A DNA stretch of 64,000 nucleotides, taken from positions 2,091,549 through 2,155,548 of the forward strand of contig NW_003314280.1 of assembly GCF_000143415.4 (NCBI RefSeq), in the 5' to 3' direction. Shown here one piece after another: positions 1-10,711 of the stretch (its first letter is position 1; the number at the start of each line of letters is the position of its first letter). The DNA is from Selaginella moellendorffii (Eukaryota > Plantae > Lycopodiophyta). The notes below the pieces were generated by a model, which saw only the letters and a program-made list of their open reading frames with translations, had not been told where the DNA came from and made no database searches. A program made the translations under genes and the position numbers.

Positions 1-1984
1 ACCACTCCAGGAATTGCACCAGCAGTATTTGTTATGCCCTGTGTGAGAAATGCTTTGGTTTAGAAAGGAAAAAAGAAAGGAGATGATTTGATTCCATACC
101 AAAAGAATGCCGGCGTACTTCCGTGATATATCTTGGTGTGTACAGTAAAGCCCTGGCAACACTGTTAGCAGCCGAAGAAACAAGGAAAATGACTACCAGA
201 TACCTGACAGCGCGAAACTTGACAATCCAATACCACCGGTTAGAAGCAGTATGACCGACCACGGTGGTAGACTAGGAACCAATGAGACAATACTCATGGA
301 AGCTGATGGAGAGAGAAAAGCGATGCTTTGGCAGATTTTTCTCACCTAGAAACATAACAGTGCTAGTCAGAGGGACAAGAAAGAGAACACCAAACTTACC
401 ACTGTGGTGCTTAGTCCAGATGTGATCATGCTATCAGCCCAGACAGCCGCAAAGCTTGTTACTGGAACAGATGCTAGAGGAGGAAGAATTGATATCTGTA
501 CTTTCATTAATCAGCCATTTTGATAGCAAAAGGAAAAGCTCTCACCAGTGCTGCATTAGTCAGATTCAGGTGTAGCTCATCACTGATATAAAAAGTCAGT
601 ACACATTGGTTTTTCTACAGTTTAACGCACCTGACAAATGTCGGCATCCAGGAAAGAAGTGTAAAATATCCCCAATTTCCACAGAAATGGGCATAAATCA
701 TCGCCCAGACTGGTGGACTTCTGAAAAAAGCGCTCCAAGGGACCTGTGACGAAACAGAAAAGATGATTACGGCGTCGAACGAAATGTTCCTAACCTTTGA
801 CGGTTGTCCAGTCTCATTGTCAGCAGCTGCTTGATCTGTCTCTGCAAAAAATGGTGTTTACATCACTCAGAACGCTGTATACTTGTATTTACCTGAATCG
901 CATCCTTCCGGATTGAACAGAAGGCACCTGGTCAAACACACGTCAACAAAAGTTCAAAGGCTTGTTCCATACCAGAAAAGGCCGAGCAAACCAAAGACGT
1001 AGAAAACAGATTGCCATCCAAAGTTTTCAATGAAAACAGGAGCGAAAAGCAGCCTGGTTTGCAAGATTCCATAAGTTACGCATTAGAGAGGCACAAAAGC
1101 TCACCCCGCTATACTTCCAACGCTGAGGCCACCGAAAATAACAGAGACCGCTCGCGAACGCTCGTTCGCACTTACTGTTCTACATTCACACATGAAAAAC
1201 AAACAGTTACTGATAATGTTACGTAATTGTACCTTGCTACGAGATCGGTAGCGGCTGAAGGAGACACGCCTTCGCCGACACCGACCTGTCAATTCCGGAA
1301 TCCATCACTCTTTGTCAGAGAAAGAAAAACTATGCTAGAATGGAAAACATACCATCACCCGGCTTGCCAGAATTAATGGTAGATATCGGGCTGAAAGTGG
1401 GACAGCCATAGTTGCCAACGACCAAAGAAAGACACCACCACGCAACACATATCTAGTACCAAACGGCAGGGAAAATAAAAAAAGAAACGGAGAATATAGA
1501 GCCTTACTTTCCAGAAAATTTACGTGAAAGCCATCCACCAGGCAACTGGCTGAAAGCGTATCCCAGAAACAGCGACGACTGAACTAATCCAGAAGTTGTT
1601 GCCGGCCATCCAAACTGCTGCGACATCGGTATAATAGCTACACTCAAGTTCACCTTGAAACAAACAAGTAAATATCGTTAAGTCAGCGATAAAATTAATC
1701 AGCGAGAAACTGAGAGGTACCTTGTCCATGTTGCAAATCACGAACGCGAGAGAAGCCATGAGAATGACCCTGTACTTGGGTTGATTCCAAGAAACACTAG
1801 CAGTATCTGTGGACGAAGGTATTGCAGTAATTTCATCTTCTTTATCCTGTGAGACACAATGGAATCTCAGCCCTGAGCCGTTCCGGAGTCTGAGATGCTT
1901 TGTACTTAAAGGGCTAGACTGCGGACAGATACTCATCTTGGTCGCGACTCGAGGTAGCCCAAGACACAAAGCCACTGCTGCCAT
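1..1984 (-). CDS. PHT4;5: Plastid anion/phosphate transporter PHT4;5 (ANTR6)-like MFS protein, multi-exon; 3' end runs off the window start
   Basis: ATG 1984 followed by a transit-peptide-like N-terminus. Spliced exons read SLAFVICNMDK|VNLSVAIIPMSQQFGW...GLVQSSLFLGYAFSQLPGGWL, matching the PHT4;5 subfamily. Many short GT-AG introns. Confidence 0.88.
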
Positions 1985-2053
1985 TGACGGACCTTTTATC
2001 TACAGACCATAGCTGACCTTCTAAACTCTTTGGTTACACAGACTGGGGGCGTT

Positions 2054-3033
2054 TCACTGTTGCTTTACAGTCAGTGAGGGCTGGCCCCGAGGCAGCCTCT
2101 TTGCAATCTCCTGTATGTTTCTGAGAGTTAAAAAGGGATTCAACAAAAGACCTTAGCGTACCTCGAAGAGCTCGTTAATGTTGCCGGCGGTTTTCGCCGA
2201 CGCCTCCGTAAAGAACATGGAGTTGCTCTCTGCATAAGCCCGAGCTTCCTGTAGATAGCATGTTGTGAGAGCAATTTTGAACTGCCAGCTTGAACATACA
2301 TCTGTTGAAACCGTGCGCAAGTTGTCAAGGTCGGCCTTGTTCCCAACAAGCGCAAGAACTATCCCTGCGTTCGCATGTTTTTGTAGCTCCTACACGAAAA
2401 TAAACGAGCAACCATAGTTAATGACAAACACGCAAAATGAAAAGCAAGGGTGGAACCTTGACCCAGTATTGAGCTTTCTGAAATGACTCCTTGCTGGTCA
2501 GGTCGTAGACTACCACCGCTGCAGAAGCTCCCCTATAGTAAAGTGGTGCTAATGAAGCATATCTCTCTTGTCCTGCGGTGTCCCATATCTCAAACTTAAC
2601 TGTGCTCGAGTCTTGGAGAGCTATAGTTTGCGACAAAAAAGAAGCACCAACAGTAACCTGTAGCACCATATCAAAATAATAAACACATTAAAAGCACTAC
2701 TTGCCTTTGATGACGGATCAAACTGCCCCCTTACAAAGCGCAGAACAATGCAGCTCTTTCCCACTCCGGAGTCGCCGAGAAGAACCAGCTGATTGTAGAG
2801 AGTTGGATCAATTCACAGCACAGGCTTTCCAACTCACCTTGACCCGTAGGTGTTTAGTATCTTGCGATCCATTTTCCAGAGAACCGTCACTCAGATGTGG
2901 CAAACCTTTAACTGGAGAAAAAGGAAATCAGCTTCGAACTTGGAGCTCACACAAATAGATCGCATAAATTGACGATTTGGGTACAACCATCGAAGGAGCA
3001 AAACATACCGGGTCTAGAAGCCGCACACCCCAT
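2054..3033 (-). CDS. RABF1: Plant-specific Rab5 GTPase RABF1/ARA6
   Basis: N-terminal MGCAASRP acylation motif; [37 protein letters not shown]-terminus [18 protein letters not shown] lacks prenylation Cys, as in ARA6. Confidence 0.93.
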
Positions 3034-3077
3034 CGTCGTCCTCCGGAGCTTAAGAACCTATGGAATATGCTGATCTC

Positions 3078-4294
3078 TCACTGGAGTTTAAGTAGTTCCG
3101 AAATAGTCACGACCGAATAGCCCTTTCGTTTAAGCTCGGGGAGAAGTACCCTTAGCACCTGAAACCAAACTCGTGATCGAAACTAGGAAAAAGGGTAGTA
3201 CCTCCGGAGTCTGTATCTTCTGCTGTTCCCTGTCGTGAAGAACGATAATAGCACCGGGATGAACCTACAACTTTCCACAATAAAGGTTTAAGGACCATCT
3301 GGAAAATTGACACATACCCTCCACAATAGGTACTTGGCAATCAACTTTCCTTTGTTCCTGAACAACGTGTCGAGAGGATACAGAGAGCCGAGTACCAATT
3401 TGTAGCCGTACCCCTCGACAAGATCTATCATTTCTCGAGTGTAGAAGCCGTGTCCCTGCACGAAAATTATGATTGATCAGTGAACGAAGAAGCTTGAGTT
3501 ACATACGGGTCGAAACCACTTCCACGGTTTTCCGTCCTCGCCTTTACGGAAAAATGGATTGAGCCGTCTCTCTGTGGCAAGAAGCTGGGCAGTAAACTCC
3601 TCCTGCATGCACACAAATGCTTCAACTTACACCTATAAAAACGAGGCATACCGGAGAGAGACGCCAGGAAGCACAATCGTACATGGTGTGGTTCCCAACC
3701 TCATGCCCTGTATCATCCAACGTGATGAAAAGCAAAGCTATGGCGACGCACCTTCTTTGTAAATTCTCTCGACCACCTCTGGGCACTTGTCCATATTACT
3801 TCCTATCAGGAACCACGTCGCTTTGCTGTGGTTTTCCTCAAGAATGTCCAGTAGCTGAAACACGAAAATCCCTTGGGACGATTTAGCTAAGAACATGTCA
3901 CAAAGAAAAAAAAAAGAAAAATCTCTCCACTCACTCAAGAAAAACTAGTTTACTACCTCGTGTGTAATGTCTCTGTGAGGCCCATCGTCCAGAGTGAGCG
4001 CGACCAGAAGCTCTGGACAAAATCAAGCAATGTGAGAGTGCTAGGGAAGGAAAGAGAAGAGCAGACCGTGCTTTTCTCGTCCTTGATCGAGAAACAAGAC
4101 TCTTCGCTGCCTCGTTTGCACGATCCTGACGAGCCATGTCGGGTGAACGGCGAGCCTGGATTCACAAGAAGGATGAGCAACGAAAAGAGCTGCCTATGAT
4201 CGACCACTCACGTAAGAATGCCAATGCCGGCGATTCCAAGCGCTCCAAATCCGAGGGTAAGCGTCGCGGCGGCCACTCCCCCTTGTGGCCACAT
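3078..4294 (-). CDS. Carbohydrate esterase family 4 (NodB-homology) polysaccharide deacetylase with hydrophobic N-terminus, multi-exon
   Basis: Spliced motifs VALTLDDGP, LLDILEENHSKATWFLIG, GHEVGNHTMYD, WKWFRP|GHGFY, LVLGSLYPLD, GAIIVLHDR and LLPELKRKGYSVVTISELL cover CE4 motifs 1-5. Confidence 0.88.
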
Positions 4295-4385
4295 TCTCTT
4301 TTCTTCCAAGATATTAGGGCTCTACGAGGAAATGGCGCTATGTGGCATTCCGCTGACAATTCTAGGGCTCCTCTAGCGCCGATGG

Positions 4386-6326
4386 ATGCGGCGAGCGAAT
4401 GTAAGAATCTGTGCCTCTCGCCTGCTCTCTTGTGATCTTTCTCTCTGCAGAGCGAGCACACAACCAATCTGGCAGAGCAGCAAGATCGAGGAGAATCGTT
4501 TGGTATCCAGGAGTTTCGATGGCACTGGGTTCGCCCTCGCGGCCTCGAGAGCTTGCGGCATTCTCAGGGATCTGGAAACAGCACGAAGGCTACACAAGGA
4601 TGCGATCGCGATCGACGGGAACAGCAACATCTACATCGCGAGCAGCTTGGTGGACAGCTACGCGAAATGTGGGAGCCTGGTCGATGCTCGCAGCGCCTTC
4701 GAAGCTATGGATTCCCGCAATGCAGTGGCGTGGACGTCGCTGATCCTCGGCTGCGCGGAGAATGGGGAGGCCGAGGCTGGCCTGGAGTTGTTCCAGCGGA
4801 TCATCGACGAGGGCTGCGAGCCAAGCGCTCGATCTTTCGTGGCGGCCCTCAAGTGTTGCTCTCGGCTGGCCAGGGAAGAAGAGGGAAGCCTCGATCGTCT
4901 CCATGGCAAGACGCGCAAGAAGCTGAGAAGCTTGGCTAGAGGCGCGGCTATTCATCGCTTGATCGAGGGATGCGTGGATATCTTCGTCGCGGGCAGCCTG
5001 ATCGACATGTACGCTAGCTGTGGAGATTTGCGGCGAGCTCGTCGCGTCTTCGACAGGATTCCATGCCACAACTTGGTAGCGTGGAACGCTATGATCCTGG
5101 GCTATGCCGAGCAAGGTGACGGACGCTCGTCGCTGGAGCTCTACGATCGCTTGTCTTCGGTTCCGGGGATGGTTCCAGACGCTCGGACGATTGGAGCTGC
5201 TCTTAAGGCTTGCTCCCTCCTAGCAGCTGACAAGCACCGCAACGAAAAGTTCTATGAAAAGTTGGAGCATGAAGAACACGAAGAAAGGATAGAGCATGAA
5301 GAACAAGAACACAGTAACGCTCTCCAGGTGAGGGAATTGCTGGACAAAGGCAGGCAGCTTTTCTCTCGAGCAGTGGAACTCGGGTATGGCTCGGACGTCT
5401 TCCTTCTTAACACGGTGGTGGACTTTTACGCGAAGTGTGGGAGCTTGGCCGAGGCTCGGGCGGTCTTCGACAGGATTCCATGCAAGACGTGCGTCTCCTG
5501 GAACGCTCTCATGCTCGGCTACGTGGAGAACGGTCATGCCGAGCAGGCTCTAGACTTGTTCATGAGCATGCCGGACGAGATGGATTCGACGACGTTTGCT
5601 GCGGCTTTCAAGGCCTGTGGTAGCAGAGCTTTTCTGGGAACTGGGAAGTCCATCCACGCACATATCTGCCGGTGTGGAGCTGAGAAGAACCTGGTTGTGG
5701 CGACCGGAGCTTTGGATTTCTACTCCAAGTGCGGCAACATGGTCGAAGCTCAGCACATCTTCGACTCCATGCCGTCGAAGAACACCGTAACTTGGACAGC
5801 GCTCATCGGCGGATTCAGTCGCCTGGGAGGAGAGGAATCGACACAGCAGGTGTTTGATCTCTTCCGTGAGATGCTCGACGGTGGGCTCAAGCCAGACGGT
5901 GCCACTCTCGTGCTGGTCATTGCCGCTTGCAGCCATGCCGGCCTGGTCGACAAAGGCCGAAAGATCTTCGAAGAAGTTCTTCCGAGGCACTGCGTCTCTC
6001 TCGGGATAGAGCACTACCACGCCTTGATCGATCTTCTGGGACGAGCCAACGAGCTCCAGGAAGCTCTGGACGTGGCGGAGACGATGCCTTTCAAGCCCAG
6101 CTTCGTGACATGGATGACGCTGCTGGCCTGCTGCAAGAAGTGGGGCAATGCAGCGATTGGGAAGCTCGCGTTCCAGAGATTGATAGCGATCGATGCGACA
6201 GACCCCACTGCCTATGTGCTCCTGGAGAAGATCTACGCGAGCCAAGGATCGTGGAAGGAGCTCGCGGAGATCGAAGAAATGAGGAAGAAGAAGAAAGCGA
6301 AGACCGTTGACTCTGTACGTCTTTGA
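4386..6326 (+). CDS. PLS-class PPR protein with E domain, no DYW; intronless
   Basis: 646-aa ORF with repeated SLVDxYAKCG.L..AR..F and W.A.I.GY motifs; ends ACSHAGLV...HYHALIDLLGRA...MPFKP...YVLLEKIYA. Confidence 0.93.
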   Translation: MRRANVRICASRLLSCDLSLCRASTQPIWQSSKIEENRLVSRSFDGTGFALAASRACGILRDLETARRLHKDAIAIDGNSNIYIASSLVDSYAKCGSLVDARSAFEAMDSRNAVAWTSLILGCAENGEAEAGLELFQRIIDEGCEPSARSFVAALKCCSRLAREEEGSLDRLHGKTRKKLRSLARGAAIHRLIEGCVDIFVAGSLIDMYASCGDLRRARRVFDRIPCHNLVAWNAMILGYAEQGDGRSSLELYDRLSSVPGMVPDARTIGAALKACSLLAADKHRNEKFYEKLEHEEHEERIEHEEQEHSNALQVRELLDKGRQLFSRAVELGYGSDVFLLNTVVDFYAKCGSLAEARAVFDRIPCKTCVSWNALMLGYVENGHAEQALDLFMSMPDEMDSTTFAAAFKACGSRAFLGTGKSIHAHICRCGAEKNLVVATGALDFYSKCGNMVEAQHIFDSMPSKNTVTWTALIGGFSRLGGEESTQQVFDLFREMLDGGLKPDGATLVLVIAACSHAGLVDKGRKIFEEVLPRHCVSLGIEHYHALIDLLGRANELQEALDVAETMPFKPSFVTWMTLLACCKKWGNAAIGKLAFQRLIAIDATDPTAYVLLEKIYASQGSWKELAEIEEMRKKKKAKTVDSVRL

Positions 6327-6634
6327 CTAGACCGCGTTTGACTGAAAATTCTACGGTGCTATGGCTGTTTCCACGACGCTTCTTCGATAACTAGCTAAAA
6401 GCGTTTTTTACAGTGAGCTATTTGTTAGTCCATTCTTCGCTAGGGCTCTCTGGCGCTCCGGACTAGGGTATACATGGTCCTCGTGAGCTTGGCAGCTGAG
6501 AGCGCGGCGCCAGCGTGTTGATCTGGGCAGAGCGGAGCTTCCAATTCCACCAGTGCCGGCAGTCCGCGAGCTGAAATTGTGAGTTTCTAGGGGCGAAGAA
6601 ATGCGCGATAGCGCTCCTCGCAGCGATCCTCACA

Positions 6635-9600
6635 ATGTATGACAATCGCCGTTTAAGATTCTTTCCCTCTCAGCCAGGTATGTGCTCTGTTGTGGAGAAG
6701 CGATTTTTTGGATTAATTTTGTGTTGTTTGACAATGTCTATAGAGATTGACATCTATCAGATTATACGCGAAGCACAGAACAGATGGTTGAGGCCTCTGG
6801 AAGTGATCGAGATCCTCCGCAACTACCAGAAGTTCCGGCTCAACCCCGTTCCACCGAATAAGCCTCCAAGTATGAATCGATCGCTTTGAGCTTTGACTGG
6901 ACATTTAATACTTTACAAGCAGGTGGATCGTTGTTTCTCTTTGATCGTAAGACACTGCGCTTCTTCCGCAAGGATGGTCATAATTGGCGGAAGAAGAAAG
7001 ATGGTAAAACTGTCCGAGAGGCTCACGAGCGTCTTAAGGTATGGCTAGAAGCTTGCTCGAAGAATTTCTAAGATATTCCTATTGTAGGCCGGTAGTGTAG
7101 ATGTTCTTCACTGTTATTATGCTCATGGAGAGGACAATCCAAATTTTCAACGTCGGAGTTATTGGATGCTTGAAGGGTAATGTCAACAAAAAGAATAGCC
7201 GATAGTTATAACGACAGTTTTACAGGGCATATGAACACATCGTCCTTGTACACTACAGGGAAGTCACGGAGGTACAAAGTTTTATTTTTTACCTCTCCAT
7301 GTGTATCTCGAAAGTCATTTCTTTATTTTGCACTTTCCAGGGAAGCAGATCATCTGTGTATCGATCCATGCAAGAAGCAAAAGAGAATGCGTCGCATTCT
7401 CGTGCTACGGGACAAAGCCTACCTGCATCCAATTCAGCCATTTCCGACGTTGAGGTGACAGGCCCCTACAAATCCCCCGAAGCTCCTGTGACGCCCATCG
7501 AAAGTGAAGGCACCGACTCTGGTGAAGAAGGCCACGTTAATGAAAACAATGTTGTGGAGCAATCGTCCTTACTGCAGCAAGTCGCTCAATCTTCTCCAGT
7601 CGCTCCACCTTCTACCAGTGTTCCCGTTGCAGCGGTGCCTGCTGCGGCGAAAAATCTGGAAGGAGTGGACTATGACGATCTTCTACGAAATCCTGGTAAA
7701 ATCAATCTGTTCTCTACGCATCAAGCTGACTGTCCTTTGTAGACGCGTATCTTGGTCAAAAGTCAATAGATGCCCAGACATGGAGTACGTTGCTGGATAA
7801 CTTCGGAGGCACCAACACAACTGAAAAAATGGAAAGCACTTCTCAAAGCCATTTCCTGTCTCCCGGTTTTTCAAATCACGTGTATAACTCCATTACACCT
7901 ACTAATCACCCTTTTCCACCTGTGGTAAGTTGTGCTCATGCTATCAGTTCGTTTCCTGAGATTTTTTTTGTAGCTTTCGACCCCGGATTCTCAGCATATG
8001 GAAGTTGATCTTCGTCAGGTGATTCTGCAAGCCATGCATTTCTTATGACGCATTGTTTTTATTGCTACATATTTTTGTGACGCAGGCTCAGTATTCCGCA
8101 CAAGATGTTTCTAAAAAACCACAAACCGCTATTCCGAATGATGCTTCCGAATACTACAAAGTCGCTCTGCCAGACGTGTTGGTTGAAGACGAGGGGAAAA
8201 CTTCGTTAAAAAAGCTGGATAGCTTTGGCCGATGGATGAGCCGGGAAATTGGAGAGGATAGTCAGAGCTCTTTACTTTCAGGCTCTACTGACCACGCTTA
8301 CTGGACACTAGACGACCATAACACGTTCGATGAGATTTCAAACTTTACTCAACAAATACAGGACGTTGGTCTTGGCCCGTCTGTCTCGCAAGATCAGCAG
8401 TTCAGTATCGTGGATTTCTCACCGGATTGGGCGTTTTCATCAGAAGAAACGAAGGTGAAACATTTTCCCGGTTCAGTTTTGTTGAAAAGTATCTTAAGTT
8501 TCTTCTGTTCCTTTTTTTTTTCCAGGTTATCGTTGCAGGGAACTTTTTGAAGAGGGGTGCAAGCCCTGTATGGCACTGCATGTTTGGTGAAGTGGAGGTT
8601 CCTGCAGAGACCATTCATGAAGGTGTTCTTCGTTGCAAGGCCCCTATACATTCTCCAGGAAGGGTTCCTTTGTATATTACTCTTGGAGATAGGGTCGCTT
8701 GCAGTGAAATTAGGGAGTTCGAATATCGTACCGCGACGATGAAGCCTGTAGCGGGTAATCCAGAACAATTACAGGTTGAAGACGAGGTTTTAGAACAGCG
8801 GTTTGCAAGGTTAATTTCGCTTAACACCGACGAAGCAACGAAGTCCGAGGAGCAGTCAGATAAAGTACAGCTATCGAAGATCTTGGAACTTACTTCTGGT
8901 CTGTGGGAAGATCCTGAGCCGAGTGAGAGCGAGGTGGGAAGTTCCACAAGAGACACCGTTCTTCAAACGCTGTTGAAGCAGCAACTTCAGAGATGGCTGC
9001 TTGTGAAAGTTTGTGACCGGGATAAAGGTGCTGCGGTTTTGGATGCGCAGGGACAAAGTGCGCTTCACTTGGCAGCTGCACTAGGATACGATTGGGCCGT
9101 CAATCCCATACTGGCTGCTGGTGTCGGAGTTAACTTTCGAGATGTCCACGGTTGGACGGGACTTCATTGGGCCGCATCTCGTGGAAGGTTTATTTTCTTT
9201 TTCTCTTTTGTTTTTCCGATCTTCTAAAGCTCGCGGATCTTGTAGGGAGAAAGTGGTTTCGACACTTCTGGCAGCTGGTGCCTCTCCAGGACTGGTTACT
9301 GATCCTACTCCACAAAATTCATCTGGACGTACTCCCGCCGACCTCGCAGCAAGCAGCGGTCACAAAGGAATGGCAGGATTACTAGCGGAGATGTCTCTGA
9401 CTACTCATCTCACGTCATTGACGCTGAAGGAGAGGAACACCGACGAAATAGACTCGCTGTCTGCTGTTCTTGCCGAAGAGAAAGCCGTAGAGGATTTCTC
9501 GGACAACCAAGCTGCAAATGGTGGAACCGATCGGTCCCTGCTCCAAGGTTCCCTCCGAGCTGTCAGAAACGCAGCCCGCGCTGCAGCGCTCATCCATGCA

Positions 9601-10315
9601 AGCTTCCGCCAAGAATCGTTCAGGAGGCGCCAGGAGAAGATTGGAGAAGAAATCGACAACGAATATGGAATGTCGATGAACGAGCTGAAGGTTTTGGCTT
9701 CGCGAAACGGCGGCGCGAACCGGAAGGAACACTCGGCAGCGACAAAGATACAGCAAAAGTATCGCGGCTGGAAAGGTCGCAGGGACTTCCTCCTCCTCCG
9801 CCAACGCGTAGTGAGAATCCAGGTAAAACCGTCGATTCAGCGTCGCTTTTGGTGACTAAAAGCTTGTGCCGCTCTTCAGGCTCACGTTCGCGGACACCAA
9901 GTTCGTAGGAAATTCAGAAAGATTCTCTGGACGGTCGGCATACTGGACAAAGCCATTCTGAGATGGCGGAGGAAGCGCGGTGGCCTCCGCCGAGCGAGCG
10001 CGCAAACTCAGAACACGGACGACGACGACGTCTTGAAAGCCGGCAGGAAACAAAAGGAGGCACAGTTCCAAAAGGCCGTGACGCGCGTCCAGTCCATGGT
10101 TCGCTCGCACGAAGCGCAAGAACAATATCAAAGAATACAGGAAGCTTACCTTCAAGCTGTGGTGAGTAGTCTCTCGTTTTTTCCTAGTTTCCCAGCATTT
10201 CGATCGTGGGCTTATAGTCTCCATCTTCATTCGATCTAAAACTTTTGCGTTTGCGCAGGCTGGTGACTCTCAAGCTCGTAACGAGAATGAACGAGACGAG
10301 ACAATGCTGGGCTGA
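6635..10315 (+). CDS. CAMTA: Calmodulin-binding transcription activator (CG-1, TIG, ankyrin, IQ domains)
   Basis: EAQNRWLRPLEV, FFRKDGHNWRKKKDGKTVREAHERLK, LKKLDSFGRWM, FSIVDFSPDW, CMFGEVEVPA, ankyrin LHLAAALGYDWA and GWTGLHWAA, IQ motif IQQKYRGWKGR. Confidence 0.95.
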
Positions 10316-10711
10316 CCGAAAAAACTAACAAGCAGTACTCTTATATCGGATAACTTTGGTTTCCTTCTTTCGCCATTACGTTTTAAGCTTCTTGTTTCTA
10401 CTAACATTTGAATGCTGTCATTTTTTGCGCGATATATATAAATTCCACACCAAAGTTTTTCCAGACCGTTAGATGAGCGAGATCCGCGGCTGAAACGTTC
10501 CACGGCTACATGCCGTCGATATTCTGGACGGGCGGGATCTTTCTAACGGCCATATGATGTTTGAAGTGTAACAAGAAAAAAGAAAAAGAGGGTTTTGAGG
10601 AGTCCTATGCCACTAGATTGGGATCCACGCGCGCGCTAATGCGATCGGTCGCTGTTCTAGGTACCTGATCGATCGATCTTGCGTTTCTGGTTTCTGGGAG
10701 TAGATTAGGCG

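Noticed and set aside
6331-6620. CGCG boxes upstream of CAMTA suggesting autoregulation
   Set aside because: Short GC-rich motifs are common in this window; the evidence is insufficient.
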